This document shows positions 44,205 to 54,491 of a DNA stretch of 64,000 nucleotides, piece after piece. Under the pieces are notes generated by a model. The model was not told where the DNA came from and did no database searches. It worked only from the letters and a program-made list of their open reading frames with translations. The translations under genes were made by a program, and so were the position numbers. The stretch spans positions 39,010-103,009 of the forward strand of contig JAFYBN010000014.1 in assembly GCA_017540175.1 (NCBI GenBank), written 5' to 3'. Source of the stretch: Clostridia bacterium (lineage in GTDB: Bacteria; Bacillota; Clostridia; Oscillospirales; CAG-272). The number at the start of each line of letters is the position of its first letter. Positions within the stretch are counted from its first letter, which is position 1.

Positions 44205-45689
44205 ATGAATTACTATTCTACGCGCAGCATGGGGGGCGGCCTTCCCGTCTCCGCTGCAGAAGCGATCAAGCGGGGGCTCGCCGCGGACGGGGGGCTCTAT
44301 CTCCCCGAGCGCGTTCCGGCGCTCAGCCGGGCGGATTTTGACGCGCTCTGCGCCATGAACTACCCCGAGCGGGCGGCGAAGATCCTCTCGCTTTATCTCG
44401 AGGACTACGATCCCGCCGCTCTGCTCGACGACTGCCGCGCGGCCTATGCCGAAGAACGCTTTCCCGGAGGAGCCGCGCCCGTCCGCTCCCTCGGGGACAA
44501 GCTTTATATGCTCGAGCTCTGGCACGGTCCGACCGCGGCGTTCAAGGACATGGCGCTGCAGATCATGCCCCGCCTGCTCTCCCGCGCTCTCTCGATGACG
44601 GACGAAAAGCTGCTCGCGCACATCCTCGTCGCCACGAGCGGGGACACGGGCAAGGCGGCGCTCGAAGGCTACCGGGACGTGGACGGCGTGAAGATCACCG
44701 TGTTCTATCCCGTCGACGGCGTGAGCGCGATGCAGAAGCGGCAGATGCAGACCACGCGCGGAAGCAACGTGAACGTGGTTGCCGTGCGCGGGAATTTCGA
44801 CGACGCGCAGAACGGCGTCAAGGCGATTTTCGCGGACAAAGCCCTCGCCGGGAAAGCGCATGAAAACGGCTTCTTCTTCTCCTCCGCCAACTCCATCAAC
44901 TGGGGGCGGCTCGCCCCGCAGATCGTCTATTATATCTCCGCGTACTGCGATCTGGTGAACGCGGGCGCGGTCCGCTTCGGCGAAGAGGTGAACATCGCCG
45001 TGCCGACCGGGAACTTCGGCAACATCTTCGCGGCGTATCTCGCGCGGGAGATGGGGCTTCCCGTCCGCCGCCTGATCTGCGCCTCGAACCGCAACAAGGT
45101 GCTGACCGACTTCATCCGCACGGGCCGGTACGACCGCACGCGCGAATTCTACAAGACCATCAGTCCCTCGATGGACATTCTGATTTCCTCCAACCTCGAA
45201 CGTCTGCTCTCCGTGCTCGTCGGTCCCGAGACCTGCTCCGCGCTCATGGAAGAGCTGAAAACGACCGGTCGGTACGACGCCCCCGCGGACCTTGCCGAAA
45301 AGATCCGCGCGGTCTTTTCGGGGTATTATCTCGACGACGAAGAGACGAAGGCCGAGATCGCCGCGGCGTGGGCCGAAAAAGGCGTGCTGATCGATCCGCA
45401 CACCGCCGTCGGGCTGGGCGCGGTGAAACGGTACCGCAAAGAAACGGGGGACGGCGCGCCCGTCATCCTCGCGTCCACGGCAAGTCCGTACAAATTCGCG
45501 CCCGCCGTCGCGGACGCTCTGGCGCTCACAGATCGTGCCGAAGGCTTTGCCCTGCTCGATCAGCTCAGTCTGGCGACCGGAACCGAGATCCCCGCTCCGC
45601 TCGAGGAGGCCGCACGACTGCCCGTCCGCTTCGAGCGGGTGATCGACCGGGATGAAATGCCGTCCGTGCCGTTTGAGATCGGAGGCTGA
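44205..45689 (+). CDS. thrC: Threonine synthase (long form)
   Basis: 494 aa. GGLY.P...P, WHGPTAAFKDMALQ (PLP lysine) and ATSGDTGKAA. Confidence 0.9.
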   Translation: MNYYSTRSMGGGLPVSAAEAIKRGLAADGGLYLPERVPALSRADFDALCAMNYPERAAKILSLYLEDYDPAALLDDCRAAYAEERFPGGAAPVRSLGDKLYMLELWHGPTAAFKDMALQIMPRLLSRALSMTDEKLLAHILVATSGDTGKAALEGYRDVDGVKITVFYPVDGVSAMQKRQMQTTRGSNVNVVAVRGNFDDAQNGVKAIFADKALAGKAHENGFFFSSANSINWGRLAPQIVYYISAYCDLVNAGAVRFGEEVNIAVPTGNFGNIFAAYLAREMGLPVRRLICASNRNKVLTDFIRTGRYDRTREFYKTISPSMDILISSNLERLLSVLVGPETCSALMEELKTTGRYDAPADLAEKIRAVFSGYYLDDEETKAEIAAAWAEKGVLIDPHTAVGLGAVKRYRKETGDGAPVILASTASPYKFAPAVADALALTDRAEGFALLDQLSLATGTEIPAPLEEAARLPVRFERVIDRDEMPSVPFEIGG

Positions 45690-45690
45690 C

Positions 45691-46437
45691 ATGTCGCTCT
45701 GGGTCATGGGCGACACGCATCTTTCCCTCGGGGCGGGCGTCAACAAAAAAATGGATCGGTTCGGGACGCGCTGGACGAATCACACCGAAAAGATCGCCGC
45801 GCGGTGGTCCTCCGTCGTCCGGGACGGGGACACCGTCGTGCTCCCGGGGGACATCTCCTGGGCGAGCAGTCTGGAAAGCGCGGCGGAGGATTTCCGGTTT
45901 CTCGACGCGCTTCCGGGGAAGAAGCTCATCTCGAAGGGCAACCACGACTATTGGTGGACGACCGCTTCGAAAATGAAGGCGTTCTTCTCCGAGATCGGCG
46001 TCGAAAGCATCGATTTTCTGCACAACAACGCCCACGCCGCCGAAGGCACGGTCCTCGCCGGGACGAGGGGCTGGTTCCTTGAGGAAAAGCACCAGTCCGA
46101 GAAATTCGACGCGGATTATCCCAAGCTTGTGCGCCGCGAGTGCGAGCGCCTTTCCCACAGCCTGAACGAGGCGGCTCGTCTGCGCGCCGAACGCGGCATT
46201 CTGCCGCCCCCGCTCGTCTTTCTGCATTTTCCGCCGGTCTTCGGTGATTTCCGGCTGGATCCGCTGATCGACGTCATGGAGGAGCACGGGGTCCTCGCGT
46301 GCTATTTCGGACACATCCACGGGCTGTACGACGTGCCGCCATACACGGAATACCGGGGCATCCGCTTCATCAACGCGGCGGCGGATTATCTCGATTTCAC
46401 CCCCCTGCTCGTCCGCGTTCCGGGGCGGAAGGCGTAA
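45691..46437 (+). CDS. Metallophosphoesterase
   Basis: Start at MSLWVMGDTHLS (ATG 45691, 1 nt after the thrC stop). GD.SW and GNHDYWW motifs. Confidence 0.8.
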   Translation: MSLWVMGDTHLSLGAGVNKKMDRFGTRWTNHTEKIAARWSSVVRDGDTVVLPGDISWASSLESAAEDFRFLDALPGKKLISKGNHDYWWTTASKMKAFFSEIGVESIDFLHNNAHAAEGTVLAGTRGWFLEEKHQSEKFDADYPKLVRRECERLSHSLNEAARLRAERGILPPPLVFLHFPPVFGDFRLDPLIDVMEEHGVLACYFGHIHGLYDVPPYTEYRGIRFINAAADYLDFTPLLVRVPGRKA

Positions 46438-46466
46438 ATCGGTCAAGCCCCGCCTTAAACTTGCCC

Positions 46467-46494
46467 AAATCGCGCTTCGCGGCGCGATTTTTTG
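46467..46494 (+). terminator. Rho-independent terminator
   Basis: aaatcgcgc-ttcgcg-gcgcgattt followed by a T-run. Confidence 0.7.
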
Positions 46495-46504
46495 CAGAAA
46501 CCTC

Positions 46505-46533
46505 TTGACACCGCGCCGTTTTCATTGTAAAAT
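46505..46533 (+). promoter_or_regulatory. SigA-type promoter of tig
   Basis: TTGACA (46505-46510), 17 nt, TAAAAT (46528-46533). Confidence 0.6.
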
Positions 46534-46589
46534 ATTAAGAGCTATTGCAGATTTTAACATGTGTTCATACGGAACAAGGAGAAAGAAAC

Positions 46590-47924
46590 ATGAGCCTGAA
46601 ATCACAGGAAACCATCGCCGCCAATCAGAAGAAGGTCACCTTCGACGTGGACCGCGCGACCTTTGACGCCGCCGTTGAAAAGGTCTACCGCAAAGAAGTG
46701 AAGCGCATCACCGTTCCCGGCTTCCGCAAGGGTCACGCACCCCGCAGAATGATCGAGAAAATGTACGGCTCGGGCGTTTTCTACGAGGACGCCGTCAACG
46801 AGATCATCCCCTCCGCGTGGGAATCCGTCTTTGACGAAATCGAAGGCACGGTCGTGAGCCGTCCCGAATTCGACGTGGAAACCATCGACGAAAACGGCGT
46901 CACCCTGACCGCCACCTTCTTCGTCAAGCCCGCCGTCGAAATCGCCGATTATCTCGGCATTCCCGTCGAGCGTCCCATCGTCAAGGTCACGGAAGAGGAA
47001 ATCGACGAGGAGATCAAGCGCGTGCAGAACCGCAACTCCCGTATGATCGAAATCACCGACCGTCCCGCTCAGAACGAGGACCTCGTCAACATCGATTTCG
47101 AGGGCTTCGTCGACGGCACGCCGTTCGACGGAGGCAAAGCCGACGGGCACCAGCTCAAGCTCGGCTCCGGTCAGTTCATCCCCGGCTTCGAGGATCAGGT
47201 GATCGGCCACAGCATCGGCGACGAATTCGACGTGAACGTCACCTTCCCCGCCGATTATCATGAGGCCTCCCTCGCCGGCAAGGAAGCGGTCTTCAAGTGC
47301 AAGCTGAACGGCATCAAGTTCAACGAGCTGCCCGAGGTCGACGATGAGTTCGCCCGCGACGTTTCCGAATTCGACACGCTCGCCGAATACCGCGAGGACA
47401 TCAAAAAGAACCTCACCGAGGATCACAAGAAGCGCGCCGACAACGCGATGGACGAAAAGCTGATCGACGCCCTCATCTCGAAGCTCGAAGCGGACATTCC
47501 GGAGTGCATGTTCGAAGCCGAGACCGAAAACGAGGTCCGCGACTACGACAACCGTCTCCGCATGAACGGTCTCGATCTGAAGACCTACTTCCAGTACACC
47601 GGTCTCGACCTCGACGGTCTCCGCAAGCAGATGAGACCCGGCGCGGAGCGTCAGGTGAAGACCCGCCTCGCTCTGGAACGGATCGCCGAGAAGGAAGAAC
47701 TCGCCGTCACCGACGAAGAGATCGACGCCGAATACGCGCGTCTTGCCGAGCAGTTCGGCATGGATACCGAGCGCATTCACGAAGCGGTCGACAAGGATTC
47801 CGTCGCCGCCGACCTCAAGGTGAAGAAGGCCATCGAGCTCGTCCGCGAAAAGGCGGCCGTGACCGAGGTCGAAGACAAGGCCGAGGAAACCGAAGCTGCA
47901 CAAGAGAACGCCGACGCCGAATAA
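46590..47924 (+). CDS. tig: Trigger factor
   Basis: Start at MSLKSQET (RBS aaggagaaag). VPGFRKGHAPRRMIEKMYG and the FKBP-type PPIase region IPGFEDQ.IGH. Confidence 0.92.
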   Translation: MSLKSQETIAANQKKVTFDVDRATFDAAVEKVYRKEVKRITVPGFRKGHAPRRMIEKMYGSGVFYEDAVNEIIPSAWESVFDEIEGTVVSRPEFDVETIDENGVTLTATFFVKPAVEIADYLGIPVERPIVKVTEEEIDEEIKRVQNRNSRMIEITDRPAQNEDLVNIDFEGFVDGTPFDGGKADGHQLKLGSGQFIPGFEDQVIGHSIGDEFDVNVTFPADYHEASLAGKEAVFKCKLNGIKFNELPEVDDEFARDVSEFDTLAEYREDIKKNLTEDHKKRADNAMDEKLIDALISKLEADIPECMFEAETENEVRDYDNRLRMNGLDLKTYFQYTGLDLDGLRKQMRPGAERQVKTRLALERIAEKEELAVTDEEIDAEYARLAEQFGMDTERIHEAVDKDSVAADLKVKKAIELVREKAAVTEVEDKAEETEAAQENADAE

Positions 47925-48101
47925 GCCCTCTCACGCCGCAGAACCGAAAAGGTCTCAGAGCCACGCGGTCAGACCGCAGAACGACGCCGCTGTCCAGCGC
48001 GGACAGCGGTGTTTCCGATTCACGCGGGGTATTTCCCGCATAAACTGTTTTCGCGCGGCGAATCCTCAACCGACACCCATCATCCAAAAGGAGGAAAAAT
48101 C

Positions 48102-48686
48102 ATGGCACTCGTTCCGATGGTCGTCGAACAGACCAATCACGGCGAACGCTCCTACGATATTTATTCCCGTCTGCTCAACGAGCGGATCATTTTCCTCGCG
48201 GACGAGGTCAACGACGTCACCGCGTCCCTCGTCGTCGCCCAGCTGCTCTACCTCGAGTCCGTCGACCCGGACGCCGACATTTCCCTCTATATCAATTCCC
48301 CGGGCGGTTCCGTCACGTCGGGGCTCGCCATCTACGACACGATGAACTTCATCAAATGCGACGTCTCCACCATCTGCATCGGCATGGCGGCGTCCATGGG
48401 CGCGTTCCTGCTTTCCTCCGGCGCGAAGGGCAAACGGTTCGCCCTCCCGAACTCCGAAATCATGATCCATCAGCCCTCCGGCGGCTCGCAGGGACAGGCG
48501 ACGGACATCAAGATCCAGGCGGAGCACATCATCAAGATCCGGGATCAGCTGAACGCCATCCTCGCGGCGAATACCGGCAAGCCCATCGAGACCATCGCCG
48601 CCGACACCGAGCGCGACAATTTCATGTCCGCCGACGAAGCGCTCGCCTACGGTCTGATCGACAAGGTCATCGCGCACCGTCCGTAA
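48102..48686 (+). CDS. clpP: ATP-dependent Clp protease proteolytic subunit
   Basis: Start at [11 protein letters not shown] (RBS aaaggagga). [22 protein letters not shown] and MIHQP. Confidence 0.95.
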   Translation: MALVPMVVEQTNHGERSYDIYSRLLNERIIFLADEVNDVTASLVVAQLLYLESVDPDADISLYINSPGGSVTSGLAIYDTMNFIKCDVSTICIGMAASMGAFLLSSGAKGKRFALPNSEIMIHQPSGGSQGQATDIKIQAEHIIKIRDQLNAILAANTGKPIETIAADTERDNFMSADEALAYGLIDKVIAHRP

Positions 48687-48711
48687 CCTTCAACACGAGA
48701 AAGGGCACACT

Positions 48712-50010
<1,299 letters not shown>

Positions 50011-50240
50011 AGCCGAAAGGACCGTCGGCTCCTCTCCCGTGCGCGAGCGCGGGACGGAGTACGGCGGTCTTTTGCATCGGCAGAGGGGAGTGGCACGGAA
50101 CTCAAGCGAAAAGCGCGCGCTTCGGCCGCTTCAGCCGTGCGCCGCGGAGTGCGGAACACCCCGGAGGCGGCTGAGCGGACGCCGCTTGAGCCGTATCCGG
50201 AATTATCAACCATTCGGAGAATCTGAGGGGAGGCGCTGAG

Positions 50241-52103
50241 ATGAAAAGAACACGAATCATGCGGATCGCTCTGATTTTGCTCGCGGCAGCCCTGCTCGCG
50301 CTTGCGGGCTGCGGCTCTGGATCGAAGAGCGGAGAATTGATCATCAAACCCGGCGATATCAACGTTCCCTCCTACGCTTACGCGAACCGCACGGATATCA
50401 TAACGGCAGTCATACCGGACACCGTTCGGATCATCGCGGATTATGCTTTTTCGGAGTGCCGTTCGCTCACGTCCGTCACGATCCCCGATACCGTGACGAA
50501 GATCGGCGCAGGCGCTTTTTCGGGATGTACGTCCCTCGCCTCCGTCACGATCCCGGACTCCGTGACGGAGATCGGTACGGGCGCGTTTGCGGGCTGCGCC
50601 TCCCTCAATTCGATTTCAATACCGGATTCCGTCGCATCGCTCGGCATAAACGCCTTCGGGCACTGTGAAAAGCTGGAGGAGGCGAGCGTGCCCGGACACC
50701 TGACCCAAGCGGGCTCCTTTACGAAGAGCCCGAACCTGAAAACGGTCCGTGTCACGGGAAGCGTTGTCAAAGAGGGGTTTGCCCGGCAGTTCGAGCGTCT
50801 GACCGGTCCGGTGATCGTCGAAGACACCGTGACCGAAATCGAACAGCTCGCGTTTGCCGACTGCGGTTTTCTGACCTCCGTTACGATCCCGGACTCCGTG
50901 ACGGAGATCGGCACGGGCGCTTTTTCAGGGTGTACGTCCCTCGCCTCCGTCACGATCCCGGGCTCCGTGACGCGGATCGGCGAATCCGTGTTTGCGGGCT
51001 GCTCTTCCCTTTCCTCCGTCACGATCCCGGACTCCGTTGCTTCGATCGGCTCCTACGCCTTTTCCGGCTGCGCAGCGCTGACCTCCGTCGTGATCCCGGA
51101 TTCCGTCTCCGTCATCGGCACGGACGCCTTCAACGGATGCGAAGCCCTCGAAACGGTTACGCTCCCCGGCGGCGCAGCATGCCACGGTTTCGACGGTTGC
51201 CCGAATCTGCGTGAGATCCGTCTGACGGGCGACGAATTCAACAGCAGCCTTTTGACACGGCTGGCAGGTCTCCCCGCCCTCGAATCCGTCGTCCGTGTCG
51301 GCGGGACGCAGGAGGTTCAGAGCGCCGTGGTCCTGTTCGAAAAGGATTCCCTCTCCCTGACGGAGAACACCCCCGTCAGCCTCGGGTTGATCTGCTTTGG
51401 AACCCCGCGGGAGCTCACATATTCCGTGGAAGGCGATTCCGTGACCGTAGAGAGCCGAGGTGAGGACGGCGTGGAAATCACGCCCGTGCGGGACGGAGAG
51501 GCGATCGTCAGCGTGCGCGACGCGGACGGTCCGGTCGGGATCTGCACCGTCCGTGTTCTACTGCATCACGATCTGGCCGATCTGATCGCGAGCGGGGACG
51601 TCTCGGTCACCCTGAGCTGCTCCGGCATCCAGAGCGGGAAGGTTCAGATCCGGAACAATACGGACCGGAAAATCGCCTTCTATGCCCCACCCGGGACGTA
51701 TATGATGGCGGGGGGCAGCGGGTATCAGAACATGATGATCATGACGGAAATCCGGGGAACCCTCAGCGCGAACGCAAGCGAAAAAATCGACGTCGACACC
51801 TGCTGCATGAACATCCATCGGGATATTCCGACCGAGGACAAGTCCTTTTCCCTCTCGAAATCGGAGGACGAGGTTCTGTGCGCACTGGCGGCATACTGTC
51901 AGCAGAACAGCGTCTCCTATAAGGTCCGGCAGGCGGCAACATGGATCCTGACCGACGACGCTTCCTACGAGGCCTGCGGGACGCTGGTCAATGCGGGCGG
52001 AGCCCGCGTCATCACCCGGGAGAATTACAACGAGGCGGCAAGCCTGCTCGAGTCGATCCGGGAAAGGCTGAACGAAAACGGAAAATCAGCGGATGAACCG
52101 TAA
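50241..52103 (+). CDS. BspA-like LRR lipoprotein with C-terminal uncharacterised domain
   Basis: Lipobox LLALAGC. About 10 LRR_5 units (SLTSVTIPD.VT.IG.GAF.GC). A Big-like segment, then a 180-aa Cys-containing tail. Confidence 0.8.
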   Translation: MKRTRIMRIALILLAAALLALAGCGSGSKSGELIIKPGDINVPSYAYANRTDIITAVIPDTVRIIADYAFSECRSLTSVTIPDTVTKIGAGAFSGCTSLASVTIPDSVTEIGTGAFAGCASLNSISIPDSVASLGINAFGHCEKLEEASVPGHLTQAGSFTKSPNLKTVRVTGSVVKEGFARQFERLTGPVIVEDTVTEIEQLAFADCGFLTSVTIPDSVTEIGTGAFSGCTSLASVTIPGSVTRIGESVFAGCSSLSSVTIPDSVASIGSYAFSGCAALTSVVIPDSVSVIGTDAFNGCEALETVTLPGGAACHGFDGCPNLREIRLTGDEFNSSLLTRLAGLPALESVVRVGGTQEVQSAVVLFEKDSLSLTENTPVSLGLICFGTPRELTYSVEGDSVTVESRGEDGVEITPVRDGEAIVSVRDADGPVGICTVRVLLHHDLADLIASGDVSVTLSCSGIQSGKVQIRNNTDRKIAFYAPPGTYMMAGGSGYQNMMIMTEIRGTLSANASEKIDVDTCCMNIHRDIPTEDKSFSLSKSEDEVLCALAAYCQQNSVSYKVRQAATWILTDDASYEACGTLVNAGGARVITRENYNEAASLLESIRERLNENGKSADEP

Positions 52104-52178
52104 TGCGCAGCGGCACGCGGGCGCCGATCCGGTTCGGAAACATGTGTTCCCCGGGCGGGGACAGAAAGGCGGACAAGA

Positions 52179-52895
52179 ATGAAACGGTTTGAAGGAAAGG
52201 TCGCCGTCGTCACGGGCGGCGGGCACGGGATCGGAAAAGCGGTCGCCGCGGCGCTAAGCGCGGAAGGAGCGGTTGTGCACATTCTCGACACGAGGCCGGG
52301 AGACTGGTTCGTCGGCGACGTCGGCGAACCGAAGACGCTCGAGCGCTTCGCCGCGTCCGTCGTCGAAAATAGCGGACGGGTGGACTGTCTCGTGAACAAC
52401 GCGCCCCCGCTCATGAAGGGGCTGGACGCCTGCTCGTGGGAGGATTTCACCCGCGCGCTCTCCGTCGGCGTGACCGCGCCCTTTTATCTCACAAAGCTCC
52501 TCGCGCCGCATTTCGCCCCCGGAGCGGCGGTCGTGAACATCTCCTCCTCCCGCGACCGGATGAGCCAGCCGCAGACGGAGAGCTACGCGGCTGCGAAGGG
52601 CGGCATCGCCGCGCTGACCCACGCGCTCGCGATCAGCCTCGCGGGGCGTGCCCGGGTGAACAGCGTCTCCCCCGGATGGATCGACACCTCGGAAAGCGGA
52701 GAGGCGATCACGGGCGCGGACGCGCTTCAGCAGCCAGTCGGCAGGGTCGGGACGCCGGAGGACATCGCCGCGCTCGTGCTCTTCCTCTGCTCCGCCGAAG
52801 CGGGCTTCATCACGGGGGAGAACGTCTGCGCGGACGGCGGGATGACGAAGCTCATGATCTATCACGGGGAGCACGGATGGACGTACGCGCCGTGA
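52179..52895 (+). CDS. SDR family oxidoreductase
   Basis: 238 aa. TGGGHGIGKA cofactor motif and Y..AK catalytic pair (YAAAKGG). Confidence 0.85.
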   Translation: MKRFEGKVAVVTGGGHGIGKAVAAALSAEGAVVHILDTRPGDWFVGDVGEPKTLERFAASVVENSGRVDCLVNNAPPLMKGLDACSWEDFTRALSVGVTAPFYLTKLLAPHFAPGAAVVNISSSRDRMSQPQTESYAAAKGGIAALTHALAISLAGRARVNSVSPGWIDTSESGEAITGADALQQPVGRVGTPEDIAALVLFLCSAEAGFITGENVCADGGMTKLMIYHGEHGWTYAP

Positions 52896-52935
52896 AGAAG
52901 CCGATCCCTCGGTCGGCGCTCATCGGGAGGACAGC

Positions 52936-53451
52936 ATGAAATTCCTTTGGAAGGATTACGACCCCGGAGCGGACGCGTTCTGCGAGGAATGGCTCGACGC
53001 GGAGGCAACCCGCCTGACGGGGCTGGACGACGGTTGGCGGGCGTTTCACGCATACTGGACGACGGACGGCGGTCTTGCCGAAGGAAGGGATTTCTTCGAC
53101 AAGGTTATTTGCACACCGCCCTCCTCCCCTCTTTCCCCCTCCTCTTCCCTGCCCGCCCGGGGCGGTGAACCTGTCGCGGCGATCGCGTTCGGGCTGCACG
53201 GGCGTGTTCTGCACGTGATGGAACTGCTCGTCAGGCCGGATCTGCGCGGGCGCGGGATCGGGACGGCGGTGCTGCGTGAGCTGCTCGCGAACGGGAACCT
53301 TCTTAACGGCGGGAGCGCGGTCCGCGCGGAAGCGGTGATATTCCCGGACAACGCCGCGTCGATCCGGGCGTTCGAGAAAGCGGGATTCCGCTTCGATCAC
53401 GCGCACCCGGACGGGGACGCGCTGTATTACACGTATGAGGCGGAACGTTAA
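52936..53451 (+). CDS. GNAT family N-acetyltransferase
   Basis: 171 aa. V.P..RGRGIGTAVLREL acetyl-CoA binding motif. Confidence 0.75.
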   Translation: MKFLWKDYDPGADAFCEEWLDAEATRLTGLDDGWRAFHAYWTTDGGLAEGRDFFDKVICTPPSSPLSPSSSLPARGGEPVAAIAFGLHGRVLHVMELLVRPDLRGRGIGTAVLRELLANGNLLNGGSAVRAEAVIFPDNAASIRAFEKAGFRFDHAHPDGDALYYTYEAER

Positions 53452-53466
53452 AAGGACCTCTCCGTC

Positions 53467-53856
53467 ACGCGCGCCCGTTCAAGTCCCACAAACTGCAGCG
53501 AAAAAAATAAAGACAGCTTCCCGACAAAAGGATGCTGTCTTTATGGTGCGGAAGACGGGACCCCCAATTCTCGCCTGCGGGCTCGGTCATGGGGAAAACA
53601 GCCCGGTGGGCTGTTTTCTTACGCGCCCGTTCAAGTCCCACAAACTGCAGCTGAAAATAAAATACAGCCTCCCGACGATGGAAAAGCTGTACTTTATTCT
53701 TCGGAAGACGGGACCCCCAATTCTCGCCTGCGGGCTCGGTCAGGGTGCGGGAAAACATCCCACCGGGATGTTTTCTTACACGCACCCGTTCAAGTCCCAC
53801 AAACTGCAGCAAAAAATGAAAACAGCCTCCCGACGATCGAAAAGCTGTTTATCAAG
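53467..53856. repeat. Composite repeat array derived from the tRNA-Leu(GAG) 3' end (units of 154 and 157 bp plus a partial unit)
   Basis: Units start at 53467, 53621 and 53778. Extra copies of the tRNA 3' end (t[gt]cggaagacggga at 53547 and 53700). Three inverted degenerate copies (gttcaagtccc-acaaactgcagc). Three hairpins with compensating stems. The same 21-mer as in the Glu array occurs at 53569 and 53722. Confidence 0.9.
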
Positions 53857-53938
53857 TGCGGAAGACGGGACTTGAACCCGTATGGGATGCCCCACACGCC
53901 CCTCAAACGTGCGCGTCTGCCAGTTCCGCCACTTCCGC
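53857..53938 (-). tRNA. tRNA-Leu (anticodon GAG)
   Basis: Minus strand GCGGAAGTGGCGGAACTGGCAGACGCGCACGTTTGAGGGGCGTGTGGGGCATCCCATACGGGTTCAAGTCCCGTCTTCCGCA. Class II long variable arm. Loop TTGAGGG by hand folding. No encoded CCA. Confidence 0.85.
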
Positions 53939-53955
53939 GTGCGGTTGACGGTGAC

Positions 53956-53984
53956 ATTATAGCACGGCACTCCCCGTTTGTCAA
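53956..53984 (-). promoter_or_regulatory. Consensus SigA promoter of tRNA-Leu(GAG)
   Basis: Minus strand TTGACA (53984-53979), 17 nt, TATAAT (53961-53956). The tRNA starts 17 nt downstream. Confidence 0.7.
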
Positions 53985-54092
53985 GAGCATTCTGATATTT
54001 TTTTCATCAGTTTCTAATCTTTTGATGCAAGATTCCTATTGATTTTTCATCGGAAATGGAGTATGATAGAGACAACAAAAGGAAAGGAGTAA

Positions 54093-54332
54093 ATGAACAT
54101 GAAAGAATTCATCCGCGCCATTGACGACCTTCCGCTGATCGTGAAAATCATCCTCTGCATCCCCGCGCTCCACCTGGTCTGGGCGATCTACCGCATTATC
54201 GCTTCCCTGAACGAGAACAACACCACGGGTCTGATTATCTCGATCGTCCTCTGCTTCATTCCCATCATGTGGATCATCGACCTCGTCACGCTGATCCTCT
54301 ACGGAAAGATTTGGCGCTATACCGCCGCTTAA
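54093..54332 (+). CDS. Small two-TM membrane protein (unknown function)
   Basis: 79 aa, RBS aaggag. Two hydrophobic helices (LIVKIILCIPALHLVWAIY and LIISIVLCFIPIMWIIDLV). Confidence 0.55.
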   Translation: MNMKEFIRAIDDLPLIVKIILCIPALHLVWAIYRIIASLNENNTTGLIISIVLCFIPIMWIIDLVTLILYGKIWRYTAA

Positions 54333-54491
54333 GTTCATCTTTCATTTTCGCCCCGCCCGGCAGACGTCGGGCGGGCGTTTTTTTATCGGTTGACGAAATT
54401 CCCCGAAAGGCTTTTCGCGCCGTTGATTTTTTCAGGGAAATCTGATATAATGACCGAAAGGCCATCCGCATCGGATTTGAGGAGGAGCACG

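Noticed and set aside
47925-48101. A CtsR operator (tandem GGTCAAA heptads) upstream of clpP.
   Set aside because: Only ggtctca and ggtcaga are present, separated by 10 nt instead of the 3-nt spacing of the consensus. This is not convincing.
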